Source: Antechinus flavipes
Lineage: Eukaryota
NCBI RefSeq assembly: GCF_016432865.1
Contig: NC_067400.1
Span: 246,140,001-246,204,000, forward strand
Length of the DNA stretch: 64,000 nt
Reading direction: 5' to 3'
Shown here: positions 1 through 11,984 of the stretch, piece by piece
How the letters are laid out: each line of letters opens with the position of its first letter
Position numbering within the stretch: the first letter of the stretch is position 1
The notes under the pieces: model-generated
What the model saw: the letters and a program-made list of their open reading frames with translations, nothing else
Database searches by the model: none
What the model was told of the DNA's origin: nothing
Translations under genes and position numbers: made by a program

Positions 1-832
1 AATAAATGACATGTATTTTCTATTTGCCTTTGCATAGACTGGCTATCCAGCCTGTCCAGAAATCTTTCCTCTCATCTAACTTGCTCTTCAACATATTCTA
101 GTCCATTAGTCTCATTATAGTCCATCTTCTCCCAGTTTAAAACCCAACAGTGGTGCATGGGCTTGCTCACTTCCCTAAGTATCCTGTGCCTCTGCCTCTA
201 AGATGTTCTCTCGTCAACTCTCCCTTTTTGTTGCAGTCCCTCTGTATTTACATGTTCTCTCTAGTTTTAGGACTTTAAAGGCAGACAAAGAAAGGCATTC
301 TGTAGCCATTACTTATATTCCTAATATGAGGTTAGTGGAGGACAAAGTGTAAAAATTGGGGATTTCTGTTTTATCTGCTTTTGGAATAATTGTTGGATGG
401 ATAGACTCCAACACACTCTCAAGTCAAATCTGAAATTTGTATGAATCTCCTATCACTGGAGTGTCAAAGACCATTTATTTAGAGAAAGGATTTGACGGCT
501 GTAAAGAAGAATCAGAGCCAAGAAAGCATGTATAATGGAAGGAGGATGGTGACATTTTGGAGAACAATGCCATGAAGCTTGAGTAGGGCATCAGTCACAT
601 GCTTTAGCATACCTTTGGCAACATCATAATCATTCATATTATGGGAATGAGATTGTCACAGAACCTTGTCAGAAAAATGATGTATCAAGAGGGAAAAAAA
701 CAAAACAAAACATTAAGGAGCTGGTGGTGTCAGATGCCAAACAATTGCAAGAATGAGATTTTTCCCAGGGAATTTGGTTAATGGAAATGATGAAATCCTG
801 GCCTGACTCTGCCACATTTCCTGCTCAAAGAG

Positions 833-839
833 TATAAAA
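833..839 (+). promoter_or_regulatory. TATA box of K1
   Basis: TATAAAA 83 bp upstream of the ATG, at the homologous position in the paralogs. Confidence 0.85.
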
Positions 840-915
840 GCTGCTGTGCAGAAGGTGCCATACATACTCAAAGACCCTATCTGAAAATCCATCCACCCAA
901 GTGAATCCTGACACC

Positions 916-1149
916 ATGTGCTACTACGGCGGCTACTATGGGGGCCTGGGCTATGGCTATGGCTCTGGTTATGGCTGTGGATGCGGCTGTTTCCGTGGTC
1001 TAGGCTATGGCTATGGAGGCTGTGGCTATGGAGGCCTGGGCTATGGAGGCTATGGCTGTGGCTGTGGAGGCTATGGCTATGGAGGCTATGGCTATGGATG
1101 CTGCCGTCCATCTTGTTATGGAAGATATTCTTCTTATGGCTTCTACTGA
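916..1149 (+). CDS. KRTAP19-like: K1: high Gly/Tyr keratin-associated protein, 77 aa, single exon
   Basis: [28 protein letters not shown]...[16 protein letters not shown]. The start is the ACCATG at 916, not the GTG at 901 used by the ORF track. TATA and AATAAA are present. The N-terminus resembles KRTAP19 and the C-terminus resembles KRTAP20/19; exact orthology is uncertain. Confidence 0.93.
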   Translation: MCYYGGYYGGLGYGYGSGYGCGCGCFRGLGYGYGGCGYGGLGYGGYGCGCGGYGYGGYGYGCCRPSCYGRYSSYGFY

Positions 1150-1437
1150 AAAACCCCTTGCTACTGGACTGTCAAGGAATCTGTAGTCCTGGAAGGACAT
1201 CACCTTCCATCTGTTTCTACAGCTGTGCTACATGGAAAAACTACCACAACAGAGTCTAGCAATTTCCATGGCACATTCAGGGCAATGATGTGGCAGTGAC
1301 CAATAATGAGCAGGACTCATCCTTCTGAGAAGTGATGCAGACTCTCACCTATCATGAGAACATGATAGTTCTCCACCAACTCCTTCCCAGCAAGTTGGCT
1401 CACCTCTCATACATCATTGTGTCTTTTATGACTTTGC

Positions 1438-1443
1438 AATAAA
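1438..1443 (+). terminator. Poly(A) signal of K1
   Basis: AATAAA at the homologous 3' UTR position (caATAAActtg). Confidence 0.8.
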
Positions 1444-1914
1444 CTTGTTTCCCTTACTTACCAAAGTTGTTTTCATCTGTCCTGCTTATGTGTCTCCTTG
1501 GATTTTAGGCTATCATCATTAAGAGATTTTCAGCTTTCATGGGTTTATTTGTATCACTGAATAAGTATAGGCCTCTGATACATTTTTGGCAACAAGCAAA
1601 TACCTTTTAAATTTCTGTTCAGAAATGACATTATTTCTATGTAAAATAGCTTTCTCAGATTTGCAGTTCTTACATATAAGTCCATCAAAATACTTACACC
1701 CCATTTATTGAAGGAATGACCTTTTTCTCCTATATTCTCAGGTTCTTCTCTCATATTGTGCCCATAAATAGACAGTACATTTATTGTCAAAGTTTCTAAA
1801 ATAATTTATATGTACTCGGTATCATATTTATGATTTGTAAATTCTAAATACATGATGTCCTTGTTGATTTCAGAATTGTCTTCCCAGTCTCATTTTGGAA
1901 AGCTAGGTGAAACA

Positions 1915-2115
1915 AAGGATTGAGGAAATGGAGACAGAAAGATTTGTGTTAAAATCGGTCTTCATAGCCTAAGTAATTGAAGGCTTTGTTTGCCTCAATT
2001 TCCTCATCTGTATAATGGACTGGAGAAGGCTATGGCAAATGAATTTCCTTTCTTGGCCACAAAAACTTCAGATGCAGTGACAATGATTCAGATAATAGTG
2101 AAAAATCATTGAACA
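1915..2115 (+). mobile_element. Degenerate CORE-SINE (MAR1/MIR-like), shared by the left-hand units
   Basis: 'tttgcctcaatttcctcatctgt...ggactggagaagg...atggcaaa' CORE motif; boundaries approximate. Confidence 0.7.
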
Positions 2116-2239
2116 AGAAAATCCTTGTCACTCTCTTTTACTATTTTTTTTTCCTCTAGGGAATCTCAAGATCTGAAGCACAGCGCTAATTAATCGCAGA
2201 CTACAATAATCACAGAAAGGATCATTTACACAGTACAAA

Positions 2240-2795
2240 AGTTTTGTTTTGTTTTGTTTATTTAAAATTGTACAGCAAAAAACAAAAAATATTTACTTTT
2301 TTTTCAAAAATTTTTGAGTTCTAAGTTCTCTCCCTTATCCCCACCCACAATTAAGAGACCTCTTGTAAAGTCATTAAAAACATTTCCATAAAAGTCCAGT
2401 TGTCCAAAAAAACCCAGATCTCTCCTGCTAATGAAAATAAAAACCCTCAAAAAATATATAGTTAAGAAAAGAGAAAAGGATATGAGAGAGAAAGAGAGAA
2501 TGCTTCAGTCTTCATTCAGCCAATGAGTTCCTTCTCTGGGTATGGATACAATTTTTCATCATATTAGTCATTCACATTAGTCACATTGCTATGACTTTGC
2601 ATACAGAACATTTCACTTTGTTTGAGTTCATAGAGGACTTTTCAGATATTTTCCTTCCTGAGAGCATCTGGTCATCATTTCCCATAAAATAATAATATTC
2701 TATCATAAACATATTCTACAGTTAATTGAACTATTCCACAATTGATGGGCATCCCCTCAATTTGCATTTTAATGCCCTGAGAAAAGTGCTGCATA
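2240..2795 (-). mobile_element. L1 3' end fragment
   Basis: T-rich tail followed by reverse L1 3' UTR/ORF2-end sequence ('gatgggcatcccctcaattt'); boundaries approximate. Confidence 0.7.
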
Positions 2796-3040
2796 CTATC
2801 AGAATATCATCAGCTAACTGCACTTTCAGTGAGTTGACTCTCTACTAGCCAGCAACACATCCTGTCCAAATCAAACATTGACATAAATCTGTAGCTTTTC
2901 CTGACATGAGTGCAAGGATGTGTTTCATAGCCACAAAACACTTAAACTGTCAAGTCATCTTAAACACCCAAGAAAAAGAGCACCTGCTTGGCTGCTCAGC
3001 ACTCTACCTAACAACCTTTGGATTCCTCAGCTCCACGGGC

Positions 3041-3232
3041 TAGGGGTCCTCAAACTTTTTAAATAGGGGTCCAGTTCACTGTCCCTCAGACTGTTGGAGG
3101 GCGGACTATAGTAAAAAACAAAAACTTTGTTTTGTGGGCCTTTAAATAAAGAAACTTCATAGCCCTGGGTAAGGGGGATAATTGTCCTCTGCTGCTGAAT
3201 CTGGCCCACAGGCCATAGTTTGAGGACCCCTG
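3041..3232. mobile_element. Non-autonomous hAT (Charlie) MITE, OC1/OposCharlie1 type
   Basis: TIRs (c/t)AGGGGTCCTCAAACT ... AGTTTGAGGACCCCTG, about 190 bp, inserted at a CTAG site that is empty in the paralogous unit near 11785; no clean 8-bp TSD. Confidence 0.85.
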
Positions 3233-4369
3233 CTAGACTGTTCACAAAATCATGTCCCTGACAAAACTTCAGAATATACTAGAGCTTGATTGACACTCCA
3301 CTTGGTATATAGACAGTACTTACTCAATTTTATTAGTTTTTGTATTTCTACTGACTTTAGAACTGGAAAACTCCTCAACATCCTCATTCTGTTGAGTTCT
3401 TTCTAAAAAGGTCCCTAAAATCTTGAACAATTCATTGTCAGGAAACATTACAATAAGATTGTAAGACATGGATAACGCTTTCAGTAAAAAGGAAATTCTT
3501 TCTCATCCTCTCTAAGCAAAGAATATTTTATTTTGGTTAGCAAATACAAAAATCAGTTGATTGGGGAGAATGTTTTCTCTCAATTATTGTTATACTCCTT
3601 TTTGCCAAATAGAAGGGCTCCAATACTTAGACTATGTGTTTATAGACATAAAACACCTTAAGAGAGCTAGGATAAGTCCCTGAATATTTTCTAAACCCAA
3701 AAATCCTTGTTCCTCTAATTGAGTCACTTAAGTCTTAGTATAGAGGACCTTTTACCATGTGATTTGGACTGCTCTGAATGCTTTTCAGCTTAGCCAAAAA
3801 ACACTCTTGGACTAAGCAGTGCTATTTTAAAAAATCAATGCTTCCATCTTCCTGAACTCCAGTCTCTTGTATTTCACTTCAAGAAATCTCAAAGTTACAG
3901 AAGGATTTCTAGTTGCCAGTTTACATCTTATTGGGCAGCCTTATGCTTTTGATTGCAATTGTAAGAGGACTAGAATCTTGGAGAACAGATAACACACCTC
4001 TGGATGTCCAACAGACTTGAGTTCATTTTGTTCTGGAAGACTGAAGAATTTCTGAAGAGCTGCTTGATCTGAGAATAAAAACCCCCTTCTTTTCTTTCTG
4101 TTACACTTTCTTATTTGGTGTTTACCTTATTTATCATGTATTCAGTTACTTGCTCAGCTTGATATAAATAATCCAGTTTCAGCTCCAGTTCCAGACCAGC
4201 ATTTCTTCTGAACTCACTGGATCAACAGGCTATCAGTGGGTTGAATGCATGATCCTATCAATCTCATATTGCCAATACAGCCAACAACTCCCACATTTAA
4301 GAACACATTACCTGTACCTTGGAAACTACTCAGGGCCTCCAGCTGCTTTCCTTACACTTGCTTGGAAAT

Positions 4370-5790
4370 TCCTGAACATCACATTTTCAACCCTTAACTT
4401 CAAGAGAACTTGATCTCTGAAACTTGTCCATTGATGTCCTCCTGAGTAAATTTAAAGGCCACTTCAAATTGACTGTCACTTTATTCCTCTTTGACTTTGA
4501 TACTGCTGGTAAATTACTCCTCTTGGGTTTTCTTGGCCTTGCTCTTAATATTCTTATAATGTCCTTAATAAGGGACCCTGATTGTCTTTTATTGTTCTTC
4601 TTTTTATCTTCTTGTAATTATTTTTCTTCTTCTTTCTTCTTCTTCTTCTTCTTCATTTTCTTCTCCCTCTTGTTCGTTAATATAAAATGACTGACTGAAG
4701 CCCAGATTCTGTCACTTTTCTTTTTTTTAAATCATGCTATCTAGAATGAGAGAGAAAATTTCCCTTCCATTCCAGAGTTTACAAGCCAATTCATTGGACA
4801 CTCACTGACACAAGTTGAGATCAATAATAACATCTCTCATAAGACTCAGTCCCTCATTATGTAAATAGTCAATATAAAAAGATTGCATTTTGCTAACTAT
4901 TACAAATTTCAAATCAGTCCATATCTAGAACAGATTTCCTCATTTTGCCTAATTGCAAAGCTCCCTATCACTCTTCAAATTCTCTCCCCTTTTTGGAAAC
5001 AACATCTAGGCAAGTTTACAGGTTTGCAGTGTCAGAGACATCCCTACATCTCCACTTCCACTTCAAATATCATCCTAATTGAACAAACTTGTCTGCGCTA
5101 CATTCATATTACTGGCATAGAAATATTCTTTCCAATTACAGAGATTCTCACTTTAAACAAGGCCCATACAGCACCACTCCAAAAGAGCTTCTGACTGGTC
5201 TACTTGATTCTATTATTTGCTCACCCAGTTCCTCTTTCCACTCAGCTGTTCAATGGATCATTCAGGCTCTTCCTCCCCTAGGACTCCTGAAAGTCCCTGG
5301 CTCCACATTTGCTGTCTTGTAAACTCCAATTACCTTTCCTTTTCTGATCATTTAAAGATATAACTGCTGTCTGGCATTTAACCCTCTTCTCAAGCAAATC
5401 AATTCGAAAACTGGCAGTTTTCATACCCTTTATCTCTCTTCCTTAATTTGATGGTATTCCCTGTACTAGCCAACCTTCATTCAAACAATGAATGGCGTGA
5501 ACCTTCTATCTGCCTTGTATAAACTGCCTTTCCAGCCTGCCCAGAAAACTCTCCTGTCTCCTAACTTCCTAGTCCTAACATTTCCTAGTCCATTATACTC
5601 TCAGTTTGAAACCCACCAGTGCACATTTCTCCAAGTAGCCTGTGCCTCTATCTCTAAGATTGTCTCCCATCAACTCTCCCTGTTTGTGGCATGTCCCTCT
5701 GTTTACATGTTCTCTCTGGTGATTTTAAAGCCAGACAAGGAGGGAGATTCTGTAGCAGTTTCTTATATCCCTAATGTAAGATCAGTGGGG
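4370..5790 (+). mobile_element. Ancient L2 LINE 3' portion, part of the duplicated unit (upstream of K2)
   Basis: Degenerate L2 ORF2/3' motifs ('gatgtcctcct', 'ccagcctgcccagaa', terminal 'agggagattctgtag...tatccc'); boundaries approximate. Confidence 0.65.
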
Positions 5791-6286
5791 AGGAGGTTTC
5801 TGCTTTTTCTGCTTTTAGAATAAGTGTTAACTGGATGGATTCCTTCAAGAGGGTTTCCAACACACTCTCAAGTCAAATCTAAAATTTCTATGAAGTCTTC
5901 TGTCACTGGAGTCTCAAAGACCATTAATTTAGAGAAAGGATTTCATGGCTCTGATGAAGTATCAGATAGCAAGGAAAGCATGTATAATAGAAGGAGGATG
6001 GTGACGTTTTGGAGAGCAAAGCCATGAAGCTTGGGTAGGGCATCAGTCACGTGCTTTAGCATACCTTTGGCAACATCATAATCATTCACATTATGGGAAT
6101 GAGATTGTCACAGAACCTTCTCAGAAAAATAATGAATCAAGAGGAAAAAAACAAAAACAAAACATTAAGGAGCTGGTGGTGGTGTCAGAGACCAACAATT
6201 GCAAGAATGAGATTTTACCTAGGAAATTTGGTTAATGGAAATGATGAAATCCTGGCCTGACTCTGCCACATTTCCTGCTTGACGGG

Positions 6287-6293
6287 TATAAAA
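6287..6293 (+). promoter_or_regulatory. TATA box of K2
   Basis: TATAAAA 84 bp before the ATG. Confidence 0.85.
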
Positions 6294-6370
6294 ACTTCTG
6301 TTCAGATAATGCCATACATACTCAAAGACCCTATCCTGAAAATCCATCCACCCAAGTGAAACCTGACACC

Positions 6371-6619
6371 ATGTGCTACTACGGCGGCTGCTATGGGGGC
6401 CTGGGCTATGGCTATGGCTCTGGTTATGGCTGTGGATGTGGCTACTTCCGTGGCCTAGGTTATGGCTATGGAGGCTGTGGCTATGGAGGCCTGGGCTATG
6501 GAGGCTATGGCTGTGGCTGTGGAGGCTGTGGTTATGGAGGCCTGGGCTATGGAGGCTATGGTTATGGCTGCTGTCGCCCATCTTGCTGTGGAAGATATTA
6601 TTCTTATGGCTTCTACTGA
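6371..6619 (+). CDS. KRTAP19-like: K2: high Gly/Tyr keratin-associated protein, 82 aa
   Basis: [28 protein letters not shown]...[16 protein letters not shown]; ACCATG start, TATA and AATAAA present. Confidence 0.93.
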   Translation: MCYYGGCYGGLGYGYGSGYGCGCGYFRGLGYGYGGCGYGGLGYGGYGCGCGGCGYGGLGYGGYGYGCCRPSCCGRYYSYGFY

Positions 6620-6904
6620 AAAACCCCTTGCTTCTGGACTATCAAGGAATCTGTATTCCTAGAAGGACATCACCTTCCATCTGTGTCTGCAGCTGGATTA
6701 CATGGGAAAGCTACCATAAGAGGGTCTAGCAATCCCCATGGCACATTCAGGGCACCAATGTGGCAGTAACCAAAAAAACAATAGGACCTGTCCTTCTGGG
6801 AAGTGATGCAGACTCTCACCTGTTATGAGAGTGACTTCTCCAACAACTCCTTCCTAGCAAGTTGGCTCACCTCTCATAGATTATTGTGTCTTTTATGACT
6901 TTGC

Positions 6905-6910
6905 AATAAA
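6905..6910 (+). terminator. Poly(A) signal of K2
   Basis: AATAAA at the homologous position. Confidence 0.8.
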
Positions 6911-8169
6911 CTTGTTTCCCTTGCTTACCAAAGTTGTTATTACTTGTTCTGCTTGACCTCTGTCTCCTTGGTTTTCAGCTTCTCATCATGAGGGAATTTT
7001 CATTCTTGATGTGCTATCTGTGTCATTGTGCCCATAAATGGACAGTGCTTTTATTTTCAAAATTTCATTTATATTTGGTGTCATATTCATGGTTCCTGTT
7101 GATTTCAGAATTTTCTTCCCAATCTTAGTCTGAAACACTAGGTGAAACAGAGGATTGAGTCAGGCTTTTAGTGGAAAATGTCCTCGGTACTCTCACTCTT
7201 TTGAGTTCTTTCTAAAAATGACTCCAAAAGGTTGAGCAATTCATTGTCAGGAAACAGTACATTAATGTCAGTTTCATGGATACAAAGCCTTCAAGAAAAG
7301 GGAAATTCTTTTTTTTCACCCCTAATTAAGCAAAGAATATTTTATTTTGGTTAGCAAATACAAAAATCAGTTGATTGGGGAAAAATGCTTTCTCTAAATC
7401 ATTGTTATCCTTTTTGACAAACTGACATGGTCTAATACTTACACTATGTGATGACCATAAAACACATTAAAAGAGCTATGACAAGTCCCTGAATATCTTT
7501 TCAACTCCAAAATCCATATTCCTTAAATTGAGTCACTTAGGTCTTAATCTTGAGTTCCTTTTCCCATATGGTCTGAATTTTCTGGATTCTCTTCAGTTTA
7601 ATGAAAAACCAGCCATGTAATAAGAAATTCATTTATACACTAACCATCAATTTCATTATCCTGAGACCTAAACTCCTGTATCTGTTTGTCACAGTAGAAT
7701 TTCTTGTTATCATGTGACATCTTATGTGATTACCTTATCTTTTACAATGCAGTTGTAAGAGAATTGGAATCTGGGAGCAGTTGATACAGCTTTGGATGCC
7801 CAAGCTACTTGAGTTCATTTTCTTCTGTGCAAGCAAATAATGTCTGAAAAGCTGTTCAATATGAGAATCAAAACCTTATTCTTTTTACTGCACTTTCTCA
7901 TGTGGTGACCACTTCATTTGCCATGGACTCAGTTACTTTCTCATACTGACTTAAAATAAGCCAGCAGCAGCTCCAGCTCCAGACTAGCATTTCTCTTGAA
8001 CTCACTGGTTCAGTAAACTATCAGTGACTGAATTAAATGATCTTCCCAACCTGCTATTATCAACGCTTACCAAGATTTCCACATTTAAGTAGACATTACC
8101 TTTACTATTATTGTTCATGGGGCCTACTCATGGTCACTAGCTTTTCTCCTTTCATTATCTTTGCAGCAA

Positions 8170-9450
8170 TGAACATCACATTCCTGATCCTCACCTTCAA
8201 GAGAAAGTGATCTCTGCAAATTGTCCTGTGATGTCCCCTAAAGCCTCCCAACCCTTATGCTATTTGATTTCTCTTTGGCTTTGACAGTGCTGGACAAAAG
8301 CTGTTCCTGGGTGTGCTTGAACCTACTCTGCCTGCCTGATTGTTCTTTCTTGGTCTTCTTAACTAATTCTACATCTTGTCTCTTCATGCAAAATAACTGG
8401 CTGAAGCCAGGGATCTATCTCTTTTCTTTCTTTTACCCATGTTCTTTTAAATAATGAGAGAGAAGAACCTCCTTCCATACCAGAGTTTTTAAGCCATTCC
8501 TGAGTCACATATTGCCATAGGTCTAGATCTCATAGAAACATCTCTTATAAGATCCAGATCCACATTTTCAATAGACCATATGCACAATTTCAACTTGATA
8601 ACTAATACATATTTCAAATTCTTCATCCTGCCTCATGCAAAGTCCCCTATTTCTCAACTTCTTTCCTCCTTTCAGGAGCACCAATCTGAGGCCAAGATTT
8701 TAGTTTTACAGTATCAAAGAAATCCCTGATCCTATACTATCAATATGAATATCTTTTTAGGAGAATAAACTCTGCTCTACTTTCATAACCTCATTAGCAT
8801 TAAAATACTTCCTTCCCATCACAAAGGTTACCACTTAGATAAGACCTAGAAGAGACTCCAAAAGAGTATTTTTGGTCTTCTTGACTCAGTCTTTTGCCTA
8901 TCCACGTCCTTGCTCTACTCAGCTGTCCAATGGATTTTCCAAAACCATTCTTCTGACTCCTCCTTCCCTAGGACTCCTCAAATTCCCAAACCTTTACACT
9001 TGTCATGTAAACTCCAACTGCCTTTTCCTTCTCTGAGGATTTAAATAAATAGTTTCTGTCTGGCATTTCGCTCTTTTTTTTTAGCTGGCCCATTCTCAAT
9101 TGACAATCTTCATATTCTTTATTTCCTTCCCCACATTTATTGGTCTTGTTATTGCTAGCCTACCCTCTTTCATTCAGATAATTATGTTTGCCTCTGCACA
9201 GATTGGCTATCCACCCTGCCCAGAATACTCTCCTCTCTCTGTCCTTCTCCACAGACTTTTTTTGGTCTCAGTTTGAAACCAACCATTAATACATAATCAT
9301 TTCCCCAAATTTGCTGTCTCAACCTATGATACCTTCTCCCATCAACTCTCCATATTAGTGGCAGTTCCTTGGTGTTTACCTGTTCTCGCTGGCCTTAGGA
9401 CTTTGTATCTGCCTGAGGAGAAGGATTTTGTGAATATTTTTTATAACATT
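8170..9450 (+). mobile_element. Ancient L2 remnant upstream of K3
   Basis: Paralogous to 4370-5790; boundaries approximate. Confidence 0.6.
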
Positions 9451-9994
9451 AACCATCAGTTGGGGCAGAATATAGTTTAAACATTGGGGAGGTGTTTCTG
9501 TTTAGCTGCATTTGGAATAGGTGTTGGATGAATGGATTTCATTAAGAAGGCCTCCATCCTAATCTCAACTCCAATCTGAAATTAGTATGAACTGTTCTGT
9601 CACTTGAGTTTCATGAAGCTCTGATTTAGAGAGGACTCCACACTTAAGATGGAGTACTAGATAGCCAGGGAAGCAAGTGTAATGGAAAGAGGACAGTGGG
9701 TCTGAAAGAGTGCTGCCATGAAGCCTGGATAGGGTATCATCCAAATTAACAACATACCTGTGGCAATGCTATAACTATTTCATGTTATAGGAATGAGATT
9801 GTGGCAAAGCCTGCTCAAAAAAACAATGAATCAAGAGGAAAAATACAAAAACAAAACCTTGAGTATACTGGGTTTGTTAGTCGTTTGTTGTTGTTAGGGA
9901 CTAAACAATTGAAAGAATATGATTTTAATGGCAATTTGGTTAATGGGAATCACATTATTCTAGCCTGGGTCTACCATACTTCCTGTTTAATGAG

Positions 9995-10001
9995 TATAAA
10001 A
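9995..10001 (+). promoter_or_regulatory. TATA box of K3
   Basis: TATAAAA 84 bp before the ATG. Confidence 0.8.
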
Positions 10002-10078
10002 GTTCCTGTATATATGGTGCCATACATACTCACAGAACTTACCATTAACATCTATCCATCCAAGTGAATTCTGACACC

Positions 10079-10276
10079 ATGTGTTACTATAGTGGCTATT
10101 ATGGGGACCTGAGTTATGGCTGTGGTTCTGGTTATGGCTGCAGATGTGGCAGCTTTGGTGGTCTAGGATGTGGCCATGGAAGCTGTGGCTATGTAGGCTT
10201 AGGCTATGGCAGTTATGGCTATAGTTGCTGCCACCCATCTTGCTGTAGAAGATATTATTCTTATGGCTTCTACTGA
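10079..10276 (+). CDS. KRTAP19-like: K3: divergent high Gly/Tyr KRTAP, 65 aa
   Basis: [28 protein letters not shown]...[16 protein letters not shown]; open frame with TATA and AATAAA, but many substitutions at consensus Gly/Tyr/Arg positions. Confidence 0.82.
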   Translation: MCYYSGYYGDLSYGCGSGYGCRCGSFGGLGCGHGSCGYVGLGYGSYGYSCCHPSCCRRYYSYGFY

Positions 10277-10595
10277 AAAACACCTTGCTGAGGGCTCACA
10301 TGGAATACTTGATCCTCTCTACTTTGAGCTAATTCCATGATCTTGTAAGGTCATCACATTCCATCAGCTACTGCACCTGGTTGGCATGGGAAAGCTACCA
10401 CAAGATGGTCTTGAAATCTCCATGAAGCGTTCAGCACAGGGATATAGCAGGGATCATGAAGCAGCAGGACCTGTCCTTCTTGGACATGATGCAGTCTCTG
10501 ACCTGTCATCAGGGAGACTCCTTCAACAACAACTTCTTTCCAGTAAGTTTACTCACCTCTCATTTATTATAGCTGGGTGTAAGTTAAAACTTTCC

Positions 10596-10601
10596 AATAA
10601 A
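10596..10601 (+). terminator. Poly(A) signal of K3
   Basis: AATAAA at the homologous position. Confidence 0.78.
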
Positions 10602-11079
10602 CTTGTTTCCCTTTTTTATCAAATTTGTTTTTAACCTGTCCTGCTTGACTTCCTTGTACTTGAGTTTTAGAATCTCATCAGGAAAAGATGTTCAGCCTTG
10701 ATGTACTCACCTATGTCATTGCAGATTTGATCTTTTTGATGCATTTTTGGCAACAGGCTTATATCTCTGACAATTTCTATTCAGAAAAGACATTATTTCC
10801 ACATAAAATGTCTTTATCAAATTTAATTTCTGAAGTAATAAGATTTTATTATTAATGCCCTTCTTTACTAAAGATATGACCTTTGTCCCATATTAGCTCC
10901 ATCCCCTTCTCCCACATTCTGCTCATAAATGGACAGGGCTCTTTTCTTCAAAGTTTCAAAAAATTTCACATATTTTTGGTATCATATTTATGGCTGATGA
11001 CTTTCACATCCAAGTTTTTCTGATGATTTCAGATCTATCTTCCCCTCTTAGTCTGAAAAAGTAAGTAGAATAGTAGATT

Positions 11080-11310
11080 GAGTACAGAAAATGGAGTCAG
11101 GAAGACTCATCTTCCTGAGTTCAAATCTATCCTCATAAACTAAGTAGTTTGTATGGCCCTGGGCAAGCCACTTTATTTTGTTTGCCTCATTTTCCTTATC
11201 TGTAAAAAAGACTGGAGATGGAAATGGAAAATTATTTCATTTTCTTGGCTAAGAAATCCTCAGAGGGTCACAGTGACAAAGATTCAGAGAATAGTGAAAA
11301 ATGACTGAAC
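11080..11310 (+). mobile_element. CORE-SINE (MAR1-like), unit-shared copy
   Basis: 'gagtcaggaagactcatcttcctgagttcaaat...gggcaagccact...tttgcctcattttcct'. Confidence 0.8.
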
Positions 11311-11984
11311 AACAAAATCCTTGCCTACTTGTCTTTCACTACTTTGTTTTCACCAAGAAATCTCAAAATCTGGAACACAGCACAAGTTAATGACATTCCA
11401 CCAAGATCATCAAAGAGTCATATAGAAAGTCTGAATATTGTCATCGAAACTTGCATCTTCAGGGGGCCCCCCCTCTTGTAGCTGACTATACATCCTGTCT
11501 AACTCAAACACTGCCCTTGAAATGAGGCTTTCCCATATATGAGGGTAGTGCATTCATAATAGCAAGGTATCCTTCATAACCAGCAAACACAAACACTCTC
11601 AAATCCTAACTTGGAACTGAACCTTTCCCCTACTTGAGAGCAGAGGACTCATGGTGGCTAGGATTTCCTATATAATCTACAAACACTTTAACTCTCCAGT
11701 AAACTTAAACACCCAGCAAAAGAGAACATCTGTTTGACTGCTAATCAGTCTATCTAATACCCTATGGATTCCTCAGCTGCATAGCCTAGACTTTCCCCAA
11801 AATCATGTTCTTCAGAGAGGTTCTTTGGTAGAAAGCAGAGCTTGACACTCCTCTTCATACATAGGTGGTGCCTACTAAATTTTTCTTGATTAAATTCTGT
11901 TTCGGTCTGTGTGGAAAACACAAGAAATCCCTGTAACAATAGATCTTTGCTCTCCTGCTGTTTGTTAGCTTCAAATGCACTTCC

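Noticed and set aside
680-700. Conserved 'atcaagag' upstream motif as a LEF1/TCF site
   Set aside because: It does not match the (A/T)(A/T)CAAAG core; it is conserved but I cannot assign it.
901-915. N-terminal extensions such as MNPDT, MKPDT, MNSDT and MNAKT in the ORF track
   Set aside because: They arise from a GTG in the 5' UTR; the homologous ATG lies 15 nt downstream.
940-1100. Short direct repeats resembling a CRISPR-like or regulatory array
   Set aside because: These are Gly-Tyr coding repeats without unique spacers, in a mammalian genome.
713-1259. His/Ser-rich antisense ORFs (HSHSLHS) and Trp/Leu-rich or Met/Ala-rich alternate-frame ORFs over every KRTAP copy
   Set aside because: These are shadows of the GGCTAT codon repeat, which lacks stops in other frames. 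Many begin at non-ATG codons and none has its own promoter signals.
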